A stretch of 54,204 bases of DNA from Chitinophagaceae bacterium (GCA_041691235.1 JBEPVC010000001.1:1-54204); one strand, 5' to 3'; positions 19,669 to 30,281 are shown, numbered from the stretch's first letter. The notes: generated by a model from the sequence alone, not told the origin. Numbers and translations are program-made.

Positions 19669-20802
19669 ATGACTGATTCGTTAGAAACCTTACGGCAATG
19701 GTTACACGCTAATCCTGAAATATCAGGAGATGAAAAGAATACTGCGCTTTACATACAGGATTTTCTGAAACCACTTGGGGCTGATAAAATAATTACGAAC
19801 CTGGGTGGTCATGGAATACTCGTGTTATTTGATTCAGGAAAACAAGGACCTTCTATAATGTTTAGAAGTGAAATAGATGCGTTACCGATTGAAGAGGTTA
19901 ATACATTTTCTTACCATTCAAAGTTTAAAAATATTTCTCACAAATGTGGGCACGACGGGCATGCAGCCATTCTTTGCGGCCTTGCAAAAAAATTATCAGA
20001 ACATAAAATATTGAATGGGAAAATATATTTACTTTTTCAGCCAGCCGAAGAAACAGGTGAAGGTGCAGAAGCAGTAATGAAAGATCCTCAATTTAATATT
20101 CATCCGGATTTTGTTTTTGCTCTACACAATTTACCAGGCTTCAAAAAAGGAAGCATACTATTAAAAGAAGGAAGTTTTTCGGCGGCTGTAAGTAGTATTA
20201 TTATTCGCTTGAACGGCAGACGGACCCATGCTGCCCAGCCGGAAAACGGGCTCAACCCGTCGATGACAATTAGTGAAATTCTAAATGTTGCGAATTCCTT
20301 AAACAACACTGATGTTTCATCGGAAGATTTTGGATTGATAACTCCAATCTATATAACTATGGGCACGCCGGCATATGGCACTGCTGCAGGCTACGGAGAA
20401 TTGCATTTTACTTTAAGAAGCTGGAATAATGAGAAATTAAAAAAGTTGGAAGACAGTTTAATTAATTCTTACCGAACTATTTCAAAAAAATATAAACTGG
20501 AAAGTGAACATGAATTTTTACAAAAGTTTTATGCAAACAATAATGATAAACAATCTGTCGATATTGTGAAAGATGTTGCTAAAAAATTATACTATGAAAC
20601 AATAGAAAATAAGTACCCGTTTAAATGGGGCGAGGATTTTGGTTTTTTTACATCAACATTTAACGGATGTATGTTTGGCATTGGCGCGGGGGAAAATTAT
20701 CCTGCTTTACACAATGCTGACTATGATTTTCCCGATGAATTAATTGATCAGGGTATTAGCATATTTTATGGTATCGCAGAAAAGATTAATAACCATCTTT
20801 AG
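19669..20802 (+). CDS. M20D-family amidohydrolase (Acy1/hippurate/IAA-amino-acid hydrolase-like)
   Basis: LHANPE, RSEIDAL, HKCGHDGH, FQPAEE, GEDF, LHNADYDF. Confidence 0.9.
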   Translation: MTDSLETLRQWLHANPEISGDEKNTALYIQDFLKPLGADKIITNLGGHGILVLFDSGKQGPSIMFRSEIDALPIEEVNTFSYHSKFKNISHKCGHDGHAAILCGLAKKLSEHKILNGKIYLLFQPAEETGEGAEAVMKDPQFNIHPDFVFALHNLPGFKKGSILLKEGSFSAAVSSIIIRLNGRRTHAAQPENGLNPSMTISEILNVANSLNNTDVSSEDFGLITPIYITMGTPAYGTAAGYGELHFTLRSWNNEKLKKLEDSLINSYRTISKKYKLESEHEFLQKFYANNNDKQSVDIVKDVAKKLYYETIENKYPFKWGEDFGFFTSTFNGCMFGIGAGENYPALHNADYDFPDELIDQGISIFYGIAEKINNHL

Positions 20803-20808
20803 ACTCTG

Positions 20809-21660
20809 TTAATGCCAATGTTCCCATACATTGTAGCAATTTATAAAAGCCACCAGAAGAAGCGCAAACCCAATTATATTCTCATGCTTCTGAGGCGCCA
20901 ATTTTCTATTAACGATGCCTCCCAACAAAGCTCCTATAATAAAGCCGGTAACTACCGGCCACGTGTAGGCGAGAATAATATGTCCCTGAGAATAATGACT
21001 GATTCCACTGGTAATACTTGTGATAATAATCATAAACATTGCGGTGGAAGTAGCAATTTTCACAGGAACTTTAAAAACTTTAATCATAATGGGCGTTTTC
21101 ATAAATCCGCCTCCAATACCAAACAGCCCTGCCAGGGAACCAGATAATAAACCAAAAAAAGTTGCCAGCCATAACCCTATATTATAATGCACATTCAATT
21201 CTTTATTGTGTGTGTGGATTACAGGAGGTATTGCATTTAATTTTTTAAGGCTCCCCGTTCCGCTGTCTGGTAAAACATCATATTCTTTCCTGGATCTTAA
21301 AAAAGAGAATGAGAGAAAAAATAATACCGCAGCTAAAATAATTTCAACAGGAACTAATGGCACGTAATCCAATAAAAGCGATCCTAAAACTGCACCGATC
21401 ATTGTAGGAACTTCTAAAATAATTCCGGTTTTAAAATCAATACTACCTTCCTTTTTATTGAAATATGTTGAGATTAGGGATGCAATAACAAGGCTGAAAA
21501 CTGTTGCACCTACTGCATTAGAAAAAGGATAATTAAAAAAAGCTACAAGAACAGGCACGACAAATACACCACCACCGAAGCCAGCGAGGTTTCCAAATAA
21601 GCTAATCGCGATACAAATGAAAATAATTAAAGTGGTAAACAAGCTAAAATGCATTTTCAA
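20809..21660 (-). CDS. Sulfite exporter TauE/SafE family protein
   Basis: Duplicated G(F/I)GGG..P motifs, multiple TM helices. Confidence 0.88.
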   Translation of the reverse strand: MKMHFSLFTTLIIFICIAISLFGNLAGFGGGVFVVPVLVAFFNYPFSNAVGATVFSLVIASLISTYFNKKEGSIDFKTGIILEVPTMIGAVLGSLLLDYVPLVPVEIILAAVLFFLSFSFLRSRKEYDVLPDSGTGSLKKLNAIPPVIHTHNKELNVHYNIGLWLATFFGLLSGSLAGLFGIGGGFMKTPIMIKVFKVPVKIATSTAMFMIIITSITSGISHYSQGHIILAYTWPVVTGFIIGALLGGIVNRKLAPQKHENIIGFALLLVAFINCYNVWEHWH

Positions 21661-21698
21661 TAAATCATTGGGAGGCTTAAGCCGGTACAGAAAAATTT

Positions 21699-22427
21699 TT
21701 ATGAGGTAATTATTTGCTTCGCTGCGTCTTCATCAAGAAAAAAATGTAGTTCATCATTCTTAGGTTTTATTAATTGGGCAGGTAAAATTGAAGGCACAAA
21801 TTTTTCTTCTATAACTTTTTTTAAAACTTCAGCCTTGCCTGATCCTGAAATCAAAAAAGCAACATGCGAAGCACGATTAACTATTTCAGGCATTAGCGTT
21901 ATCCGGTACATTTGCTGTTCCTGATTGTAAACTTCGTTTACCCAGTTTTCGGTTTCTTCAATGATAGGAGACCCTGGAAATAATGACAGCGTATGCCCGT
22001 CATCGCCCATCCCTAATAGAATAAGATCAAAGCTTTTATCAGTATTGTCAAAATAAGTATGTAGAATTTTTTCGTATGCTTTAGCAGCAAACACCGGTTC
22101 GATATCAGTGCGCATTCTGTGTACTTGCGCAGCAGGAATATCAATATGATCAATCAATAGTTCGTAAGCCTCCGCCGCATTATTTCTTTTATCTGAGAAT
22201 GGAACTACCCGCTCATCGCCCCAAAAAATATGGATTCTTTTCCAATTTATTTTCTCCTTAAATTCTGCGGAAGCTAATTTGCTAAATAACAATTTAGGTG
22301 TTTCTCCACCAGAAAGTGCTAACGTGAAAAATTCCTGGTTATGCAAGGTGGAATTAATAATATCACTCATCCACAAGGCAAGTTCCTCACACAGCGTTTC
22401 TTTATTTTTATTAACATGAAATTTCAT
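21699..22427 (-). CDS. pgl: 6-phosphogluconolactonase
   Basis: ALSGGETP, FWGDERVV, LGMGDDGHTLSLFP, RITL. Confidence 0.96.
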   Translation of the reverse strand: MKFHVNKNKETLCEELALWMSDIINSTLHNQEFFTLALSGGETPKLLFSKLASAEFKEKINWKRIHIFWGDERVVPFSDKRNNAAEAYELLIDHIDIPAAQVHRMRTDIEPVFAAKAYEKILHTYFDNTDKSFDLILLGMGDDGHTLSLFPGSPIIEETENWVNEVYNQEQQMYRITLMPEIVNRASHVAFLISGSGKAEVLKKVIEEKFVPSILPAQLIKPKNDELHFFLDEDAAKQIITS

Positions 22428-22429
22428 TA

Positions 22430-23941
22430 TTATTCTTTTCGTTTTGAAGGAAGGTTAATCCAGTTGTGTCCATCTCTTGCAATAAGTGCTTCGGCATCTT
22501 CTGGCCCCCATGAGCCCGGTGAATAATTTGGAAAATCTGTTGGACTGCGGGCTTTCCAAACTTCTATTATTGGCATTACTACTTCCCAAGCTGCTTCTAC
22601 CTGATCGGCCCGCATAAACAATGTGGCGTCACCTTCCATAACATCGTACAAAAGTGTTTCATACGCTTCAGGCTCGTCGCCATTGTATTCATCTTTATAA
22701 TTAAAAACCATATCTACAGGAGAAAGAATCATTGCCTGGCCGGGCCGCTTTGCCTGGAACCTTAGCCTGATGTCCATTTCAGGCGATATACTTATTGAAA
22801 GCCTGTTTGGCCGCCATGTTTCTGCAGCTTCTTTAGGAAATGCAAATGCAGGAGCCGGCTTAAATTGTATCGTTAATGCTGTTGTTTTTTCATAAAGATG
22901 CTTGCCGGTACGCACATAAAAAGGAACACCTTGCCAGCGCCAGTTATCAATAAAAAATTTTACCGCTGCAAAAGTTTCTGTCGTTGATTCAGGATTTACA
23001 TCTTTCTCTTGCCGGTAGCCTGGTACTTTTTCTCCTTCCATCCATCCTTCAGAATATTGGCCGCGGGCTGCGCAATTCTGCACTTCATCTTTTGTAATTC
23101 TTCTGAGAGCTTTCAAAACATCTACCTTTTTATTTCTTATTTCATTAGCTTCAAACGATACAGGAGCTTCCATGCCTATCATGCATAAAATTTGCAGCAT
23201 GTGATTTTGAATCATGTCTCTTAATGCACCAGCTTCTTCATAATAACCTCCTCGCCCTTCTACTCCAACGGTTTCAGCCGCTGTTATCTGCACATGATCA
23301 ATATAATTCCTGTTCCAGATTGGTTCAAATAAAGCATTAGCAAATCGTAAAGCAAGAATATTCTGAACCGTTTCTTTTCCGAGATAATGATCAATGCGGA
23401 AAATTTGTTCTTCTGTAAAATATTCATTCAGATTTTGATTCATCTCCTTCGCACTGTCAAGATCATGGCCAAAGGGCTTCTCGACAACGATTCGCGTGCA
23501 TTTGGTATCATGACAAATTTCAAGCTTACCTAAATTTTTAATTATTGTCGGAACAAGTTGCGATGCAACCGCCATATAAAAAAGAATGTTGGGATGAACT
23601 CCGAATTCCGCCTCTTTATCCTTTGCAATTTTTACAATCTGCTTATAGTCATTTTCATCTTTTACATCCATTTGCAAATAACTAACGTGCTTTGAAAAAT
23701 TTTCCCATTCTTTATTGCAATTGTTTCTCCTCGAAAAATTATCTATGCCTTCTTTTAAATGTTTCTGGTATTCGCCATCTTCATATTTTGAGCGCGCAAT
23801 ACCAATAATGCTGAAATTATCGGGCATAGCTTTATCCAAAAAAAGATTAAATAAAGCCGGATTTAATTTTCTATAGTTTAAGTCTCCGCTACCTCCGAAA
23901 ATAAAAACAAGCATTGGAGAAATTTTTTTATAATCTAACAT
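22430..23941 (-). CDS. zwf: Glucose-6-phosphate dehydrogenase
   Basis: GGSGDL, EKPFG, RIDHYLGKE, RDMIQNH, RWQGVPF. Confidence 0.98.
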   Translation of the reverse strand: MLDYKKISPMLVFIFGGSGDLNYRKLNPALFNLFLDKAMPDNFSIIGIARSKYEDGEYQKHLKEGIDNFSRRNNCNKEWENFSKHVSYLQMDVKDENDYKQIVKIAKDKEAEFGVHPNILFYMAVASQLVPTIIKNLGKLEICHDTKCTRIVVEKPFGHDLDSAKEMNQNLNEYFTEEQIFRIDHYLGKETVQNILALRFANALFEPIWNRNYIDHVQITAAETVGVEGRGGYYEEAGALRDMIQNHMLQILCMIGMEAPVSFEANEIRNKKVDVLKALRRITKDEVQNCAARGQYSEGWMEGEKVPGYRQEKDVNPESTTETFAAVKFFIDNWRWQGVPFYVRTGKHLYEKTTALTIQFKPAPAFAFPKEAAETWRPNRLSISISPEMDIRLRFQAKRPGQAMILSPVDMVFNYKDEYNGDEPEAYETLLYDVMEGDATLFMRADQVEAAWEVVMPIIEVWKARSPTDFPNYSPGSWGPEDAEALIARDGHNWINLPSKRKE

Positions 23942-23953
23942 CTGGAGTTTATT

Positions 23954-25399
23954 TTAATCTAAGTTTTTTGTTGAAACGGTTTCCGGCGCTGTTTCCCATT
24001 CGGTATGAAAAATTCCTTCAACATCAATTCTCTGGTAAGTATGTGCTCCAAAGAAATCGCGTTGAGCCTGTATTAAATTGGTTGGCAACAGTTTTCTGCG
24101 ATAGGCATTATAATAATTAAGTGAGGACATAATGCCAGCTAAAGGATAATTATTGAGTGCGGCGATTGAAACAATTTTTTGAGTGTTTTCAAGTTTTTTA
24201 GACAAAAGCGCTGCAATATTTTTATCCAATAATAAATTTTTTAGCTGTGTATTCTCATACGCCTTTTTAAAATTATCCAGCAGCGCTGAACGAATTATGC
24301 AGCCACCCCGCCATACATTTACTACAAGAGGAAGTGGAATTTCCATTTTAAGCTCACCTGATGCCGTAACTAGCATTGCTAAACCTTGTGCATAGCTTAT
24401 GATCGTTGAAAAATATAAAGTATCATACAATAGCCTTATAAATTCATCTTTTGCTATATCAATTTTTTGCAAAGAGGTTTTATAAAGTAAACTAGCTTCG
24501 TTTCTTTCATCTATAAGCGAAGAAAGATTGCGCATCATAACAGCTGCATCTATTGTAGGTATTGGCATTGGTAAATCGAGCCCTTCCTGTGAAGTCCACT
24601 TACCAGTACCTTTAGCGCCCGCTTTGTCTAATATCATATCAACTAAATACCTATCTGATTTTTCATCCTTCTTTTCAAATACAGATGCAGAAATCTCAAG
24701 CAGGAAAGATTTCATTTCACCGCTATCCCAATTTTTAAAAACTTCATGAATTTCATCATTGGAAAAATTCATTCCATTGTACATAAGATCATAGCACTCG
24801 CTTATAAGTTGCATTATCGCATACTCGATACCGTTATGAACCATCTTTACATAATGACCCGCAGCATCACGCCCCAAATAACCCACACAAGGCTCATCAT
24901 TTACCTTTGCAGCCACCGATTTTAAAATCGCTTCAACTTCTTTATACGCTTCTTCGTCACCGCCCGGCATTATACTTGGCCCTTTGCGTGCTCCTTCCTC
25001 TCCACCTGAAATGCCAATTCCCATGAAATGGAACCCGATACTTTTTAATTCAGTAATTCTTTTTAGCGTATCGACATAGTGAGAGTTTCCGCCATCTATA
25101 ATAATATCGCCTTTTTGCAGGAGGGGTTTTAGATCATCGATTACACTATCCACAGGCTTTCCGGCAGGAACTAGCATCATAATTTTTCGGGGAACTTTTA
25201 ATGCGTTAATCATTTCCTGGAGCGTGTTTACTCCTTTCACCACGGTATCCTTTGGAGCAGACGATTCAAAAAGCTTTGTTTTATCCGGGTTTTTGTCGTA
25301 GCCAATCACCGCAAATCCGTGGTCTGCCATATTGAGTAAAAGATTGCTTCCCATAACACCGAGGCCAATCATTCCGAAATCATACTTCGTTTCATTCAT
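23954..25399 (-). CDS. gndA: NADP-dependent 6-phosphogluconate dehydrogenase
   Basis: GLGVMG, DGGNS, SGGEEGA, VKMVHNGIEY, KGTGKWT, QAQRDFFGAHTY. Confidence 0.98.
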   Translation of the reverse strand: MNETKYDFGMIGLGVMGSNLLLNMADHGFAVIGYDKNPDKTKLFESSAPKDTVVKGVNTLQEMINALKVPRKIMMLVPAGKPVDSVIDDLKPLLQKGDIIIDGGNSHYVDTLKRITELKSIGFHFMGIGISGGEEGARKGPSIMPGGDEEAYKEVEAILKSVAAKVNDEPCVGYLGRDAAGHYVKMVHNGIEYAIMQLISECYDLMYNGMNFSNDEIHEVFKNWDSGEMKSFLLEISASVFEKKDEKSDRYLVDMILDKAGAKGTGKWTSQEGLDLPMPIPTIDAAVMMRNLSSLIDERNEASLLYKTSLQKIDIAKDEFIRLLYDTLYFSTIISYAQGLAMLVTASGELKMEIPLPLVVNVWRGGCIIRSALLDNFKKAYENTQLKNLLLDKNIAALLSKKLENTQKIVSIAALNNYPLAGIMSSLNYYNAYRRKLLPTNLIQAQRDFFGAHTYQRIDVEGIFHTEWETAPETVSTKNLD

Positions 25400-25665
25400 G
25401 CAAATTCAATTAAAGTATAAAATTAGCGAAAATGATTTTGTATGAAATGGATGACCATAACTTTGATATCCCATTTTACAATTAAAAAAACAAATATGTC
25501 TGCATTTGTAACAGATTCAACGATTAAAGGAAGAAAATGAATGAAGTCTTTTTAAGTAAAAATAATCTGGTAAATTTTCGCTGTAGCCAATATAGTAGGC
25601 GGTACAATTGATTAATACTACATTAGTCTTGCATACATTAACTTTGATAACTTAATATTATTAAA

Positions 25666-26700
25666 ATGAGTGAACCCGCAATTGTTTCTCTTCCACTAAC
25701 TCCCAAAGATTTTGCAACTGATCAGGAAGTTCGTTGGTGCCCCGGTTGCGGCGATTATTCAATCCTTGCGCAGGTTCAAAAAATAATGCCGGGGCTCGGA
25801 ATTCCAAGAGAAAATATTGTTATCATATCCGGAATTGGCTGCAGCAGCCGTTTTCCATACTACATGAATACTTATGGCATGCACAGTATTCATGGAAGAG
25901 CCACAGCAGTTGCAAGTGGATTAAAAGCCAGTCGCCCGGAATTAAGCGTCTGGATTATTACCGGTGATGGAGACTGTCTCAGTATAGGTGGCAATCATAT
26001 AATTCATTTATTAAGGCGAAATTTTGATGTGAATATTTTACTTTTTAATAACGAAATCTATGGCCTTACAAAAGGCCAGTATTCACCGACAAGTGAGCAA
26101 CATAAAATCACTAAAAGTACTCCGGCCGGAAGCATTGATCATCCTTTCAATCCATCTGCTTTAGCATTGGGTGCCGATGCATCTTTTGTTTCGAGAAGCA
26201 TGGATAGAGACCCGAAACATTTGCAGGCGATGCTTTTGCGCGCTAATTCACATAAGGGTTCTTCCTTTCTTGAAATATATCAGAATTGTAATATTTTCAA
26301 CGATGGAGCCTTTGAAATATTTACGGAAAAAAAATCAAAACCTGATGAAGCTTTGTTTCTCGAGCAAGCCCAGCCATTAGTCTTTGGAGCTTTAAGAAAT
26401 AAAGGAATTAAGCTGGACGGTTATCGCCCGCAGATGGTGGAATTAAAGGATGGTATAAGTGAAAATGATTTGTGGATTCATGATGAAAAAGATTTTTTTA
26501 AAGCTCAGATTCTTACGAGGCTATTTGACAGTCCGTCTAAGGAAGAACATTTTCCACGACCTTTTGGAGTTTTTTATCAAAATGAAAGAGCCTGCTATGA
26601 AGATGTGATGACAATGCAAATAGAAGAAGCGCTTTCAACAAAGGGAAAGGGAGATCTCGATAAATTATTAAAAGGAAGAGAAACGTGGGTAATAAATTAG
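25666..26700 (+). CDS. 2-oxoacid:ferredoxin oxidoreductase beta subunit
   Basis: WCPGCG, SGIGCS, HSIHGRA, TPP motif GDGD..NN, YGLTKGQYSPT; own TAACTTTG box at 25639-25646. Confidence 0.93.
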   Translation: MSEPAIVSLPLTPKDFATDQEVRWCPGCGDYSILAQVQKIMPGLGIPRENIVIISGIGCSSRFPYYMNTYGMHSIHGRATAVASGLKASRPELSVWIITGDGDCLSIGGNHIIHLLRRNFDVNILLFNNEIYGLTKGQYSPTSEQHKITKSTPAGSIDHPFNPSALALGADASFVSRSMDRDPKHLQAMLLRANSHKGSSFLEIYQNCNIFNDGAFEIFTEKKSKPDEALFLEQAQPLVFGALRNKGIKLDGYRPQMVELKDGISENDLWIHDEKDFFKAQILTRLFDSPSKEEHFPRPFGVFYQNERACYEDVMTMQIEEALSTKGKGDLDKLLKGRETWVIN

Positions 26701-26706
26701 TATAGG

Positions 26707-26955
26707 CTAATTTTTATTATTCAAAAAAACAAACGGTTTTAGTTCAGATTGGCGAAGCGTTTCGCGAATGATTTTTTTATCAGAAAGAATTTTGTATTTG
26801 TTGAGATTGATGATTTCGTGAGCAACAATAAGATTGTCCATTTTCTCAACACAATACAACAATTCATGAAGCATTTCTACTTCATGTTCGATTGCCTGGG
26901 GGTTCATTAGTTCTTCTTTGAACAACACCAAAAGATCCCGGTTGAATTTGTTCAT
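26707..26955 (-). CDS. Hypothetical protein (82 aa)
   Basis: Fills the gap between genes, A-rich start context, helical composition; no recognised motif. Confidence 0.6.
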   Translation of the reverse strand: MNKFNRDLLVLFKEELMNPQAIEHEVEMLHELLYCVEKMDNLIVAHEIINLNKYKILSDKKIIRETLRQSELKPFVFLNNKN

Positions 26956-27150
26956 TAGATTTGGTTTTTATAGTCTAATACCCTATATATCCTTTTTTAT
27001 TAGGACAGCCACAATTACTTTTTTTTGATGAGCTACAACTTACAGCAAAAACAGCAATCATAATAAATAGAACTACAAGGATTTTGTTTACGGTTTTCAT
27101 AAAATAGATTCCTAAATTAAACTATTTTCACAAATAATTATTGCAATGTT

Positions 27151-28278
27151 TTGATAAATGGTAATAAAATTAACAAAAATGCGGAAAAGCCCAAGGTAAT
27201 AGTTGCTCCCCTGGATTGGGGGTTAGGCCATGCAACACGCTGCATTCCAATTATAAACGAGCTAATTTATCAAGATTGCGAGGTGATTATAGCGGCAAAT
27301 GGAGCTACGTTTTCTCTCCTGAAAAAAGAATTTCCAACTCTTCAATTTCTTCCATTAAAAGGCTATAATATTAAATATATCCGCAATAAAACCTGGCTGC
27401 CTTTTAAACTGCTATTACAATTGCCAAAAATTATTTTTTTAATTCTAAAGGAAAATCGTTGGCTAAAAAAAGTTGCCAGTGATTTTGAAATTGACGCAAT
27501 TATTTCCGACAATCGTTTTGGATTGCACCATAGCAAACTTCCTTCTATCTATATCACTCATCAGCTTTTAATAAAAACGGGTAACACATTTACTGAAAAA
27601 ATTTTGCAGAAAATTCATTACCATTTCATAAAAAAATATACCCATTGTTGGGTGCCCGATTTTAAAAAAAGCGGGCTTGCGGGTGAATTGTCGCATCCGA
27701 AAAACATTCCCGGCAACACTATTTATATAGATCCACTTTCCAGATTAAAAAAACTGGATAGTCTACCTCAACTGTATGATATTTTAGTCTCTATTTCCGG
27801 ACCTGAACCACAGCGATCTGTTTTTGAAAACATAGTACTGAATCAAATAAAAAATCAAACCAAAAAAATTTTATTAATAAGAGGATTGCCGGAAAATAAT
27901 GCGCAACCGATTAATGGATTAGAAAATGTAAAAGTCATCAATCATCTTTCTTCAGATGAACTAAACATTGCTTTTCAACAATCTGATATAATTATCTGCA
28001 GAAGCGGATATACCACTATCATGGATTTGGTAAAAATAAATAAACGGGCTCTGTTAGTACCAACGCCAGGTCAAACAGAACAGGAATATCTTTCAAAATA
28101 TCTTAAAGAAAAGAATTATTTTTTTTCGATTGACCAAGATAATTTTTCATTAGGAGAAGACTTAGACAAAGCATTTTCTTTTTCCCTTCCAGATGAACAT
28201 GGATATATGGATAATTATAAAAAAGTGATAAACGAATTTGTACAGTCGCTTAAATCAGGCAATTTTGCACCTCAATAA
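27151..28278 (+). CDS. GT-B glycosyltransferase (GT28/MJ1255-like)
   Basis: LDWGLGHATR, ISDNRFG, SGPEPQR, RSGYTT, PTPGQTEQ. Confidence 0.85.
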   Translation: MINGNKINKNAEKPKVIVAPLDWGLGHATRCIPIINELIYQDCEVIIAANGATFSLLKKEFPTLQFLPLKGYNIKYIRNKTWLPFKLLLQLPKIIFLILKENRWLKKVASDFEIDAIISDNRFGLHHSKLPSIYITHQLLIKTGNTFTEKILQKIHYHFIKKYTHCWVPDFKKSGLAGELSHPKNIPGNTIYIDPLSRLKKLDSLPQLYDILVSISGPEPQRSVFENIVLNQIKNQTKKILLIRGLPENNAQPINGLENVKVINHLSSDELNIAFQQSDIIICRSGYTTIMDLVKINKRALLVPTPGQTEQEYLSKYLKEKNYFFSIDQDNFSLGEDLDKAFSFSLPDEHGYMDNYKKVINEFVQSLKSGNFAPQ

Positions 28279-28284
28279 ATTATT

Positions 28285-29190
28285 TTGACTGCACAGGCAA
28301 AAGCGCATCTGGGATTATTAGGCACCAATCTTTTTTTTGCATCCAATTACAGTGCAATTAAATATTTTACCGGCAACCATTATGCCGGCCCTTTTGGAAT
28401 TAATATTATCCGAATTGGCATAAGCATTATTTTATTCTGGATATTATTTTTATTTGCACCGGTAAAAACAAAAATTTACAAAAAGGATATTCCTGCATTC
28501 TTATTATGTGCCTTTACAGGTCTTGCATTAAATCAAATGCTGTTTATAAAAGGACTGTCTTATACTTTTTCTATCCACGCCTCGCTTCTCACACTTATAA
28601 CACCAATACTCATTACCATTATAGCGGCAAATATTTTAAAAGAAAAAATAACTCCTGCAAAAATTATTGGACTATTAATAGCAGTTACAGGAGCCATTGT
28701 TTTAATCAGCAGCAGAGAAAATATTTCAAAGGGGGAAAGCATATTAGCTGGTGATTTATTAATTATTTGCAGCGCGGTAGCTTATACTTTTTATTTTATT
28801 ACAGTAAAACCCCTTATGCGTAAATATTCCTCAATGGATGTTATGCGTTGGGTTTTTACTTTCGGCTTCTTTATGATTTTGCCGGTGTGTGTTAAGGAGT
28901 TTTCCCAAATTACCTGGCAAGTATTTACCCTGAAAGACTACCTGTTATTATTTCTTATATCCGTGCCGGGAACATTTCTTGCTTACATTTTTAATGTATA
29001 TGGAATTAAAATTTTAAGCGCATCTGTTGCCGGCGCATATATTTATTCTCAGCCGGTATTTGCTGTTGCCATTGCTATGATTTTTTTGAGAGAAGAATTA
29101 TCTCTTACCAAAATTATTGCGGCGTTATTAATATTTGCAGGTGTTTATTTATCAAATCGAAAAGCAAAAAATAATAGTCAAGAGATTTAA
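28285..29190 (+). CDS. DMT/EamA family transporter
   Basis: About 10 TM helices in two EamA repeats (LKEK; YSQPVFA..LREEL). Confidence 0.88.
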   Translation: MTAQAKAHLGLLGTNLFFASNYSAIKYFTGNHYAGPFGINIIRIGISIILFWILFLFAPVKTKIYKKDIPAFLLCAFTGLALNQMLFIKGLSYTFSIHASLLTLITPILITIIAANILKEKITPAKIIGLLIAVTGAIVLISSRENISKGESILAGDLLIICSAVAYTFYFITVKPLMRKYSSMDVMRWVFTFGFFMILPVCVKEFSQITWQVFTLKDYLLLFLISVPGTFLAYIFNVYGIKILSASVAGAYIYSQPVFAVAIAMIFLREELSLTKIIAALLIFAGVYLSNRKAKNNSQEI

Positions 29191-29285
29191 AAATTTAAAG
29201 CTCATCCGATGTAGAAGAAGATTTTCATCACGTCCATACTTTGCTGTTAGTACATTACAACTTATGTTTGCATCTATTTTATAAA

Positions 29286-30239
29286 ATGAAAGTTACTGAC
29301 CATATAAAAGAAGCAAAAGATACTGTTGTTTCTTTTGAAATTTTGCCCCCGTTAAAAGGGAAAACTATTGAATCAATTTATAACCATCTCGATCCTTTGA
29401 TGGAATTTAATCCTGCATTTATTAATGTTACTTATCATCGCAGTGAGCAGGTTTTTAAAAAGAAAGCAGATGGCACTTTTGAAAAAGTAGAAATAAGAAA
29501 GCGTCCGGGTACAGTAGGTATTTGCGCAGCTATAATGAATCATTATAAAATTGATGCGGTTCCACATTTAATTTGTGGTGGTTTTAATTTACAGGAAACA
29601 GAAAATGCTTTAATCGATCTCGCATTCCTTGGTATTGACAATGTTTTGGTGCTTCGTGGCGATGCTCCAAAAAATGAAACGCTGTTTGAACCCGAAAAAA
29701 ACGGGCACGCCTATGCGCTGGATCTTTTAAAGCAAACCGTAAATCTTAACAATGGAATTTATTTGGAAGAAGATATAAGGGAGGGCTATAAAACGAAATT
29801 TTGCATAGGAGTTGCCGGCTATCCTGAAAAACATTTTGAATCGCCAAACATGGAGAGCGATTTACGCTATTTGAAATTGAAAGTAGATGCCGGAGCAGAT
29901 TATGTTACCACCCAAATGTTTTTTGATAACGCTAAATATTTTGAGTTTGTAAAAAAATGCAGGAATATAGGTATAGAAATTCCTGTGCTTCCGGGCCTCA
30001 AACCTATAACTACTAAAAAACAACTTTCTGTTTTACCGCGCACTTTTCATGTTGACATTCCTACTGAGCTAAGCAACGAAATAATTAAATGCAAAAGCGA
30101 TGCTGAAGTTGAGATTGTAGGAACTGAATGGCTTTTGGAACAATCTAAAGAACTTAAAAAATGGGGAGTTCCTGTGTTACACTATTATACATTGGGCAAG
30201 CCGCAGATAATTGCAAATGTGGTAAAAAAGTTGTTATAA
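29286..30239 (+). CDS. metF: 5,10-methylenetetrahydrofolate reductase
   Basis: SFEILPP, INVTY, VPHLIC, LRGD, AGYPEKH, TQMFFD, HYYTL; start set at ATG 29286. Confidence 0.95.
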   Translation: MKVTDHIKEAKDTVVSFEILPPLKGKTIESIYNHLDPLMEFNPAFINVTYHRSEQVFKKKADGTFEKVEIRKRPGTVGICAAIMNHYKIDAVPHLICGGFNLQETENALIDLAFLGIDNVLVLRGDAPKNETLFEPEKNGHAYALDLLKQTVNLNNGIYLEEDIREGYKTKFCIGVAGYPEKHFESPNMESDLRYLKLKVDAGADYVTTQMFFDNAKYFEFVKKCRNIGIEIPVLPGLKPITTKKQLSVLPRTFHVDIPTELSNEIIKCKSDAEVEIVGTEWLLEQSKELKKWGVPVLHYYTLGKPQIIANVVKKLL

Positions 30240-30281
30240 AATTTTATATAAAATAAATAATCTCCCTTCTTTAAACAGAGA

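Noticed and set aside
29191-29285. SAM riboswitch upstream of metF
   Set aside because: No recognisable SAM-I or SAM-II core or terminator in the 95-nt spacer; the 15-codon 5' extension in the ORF track is probably not translated.
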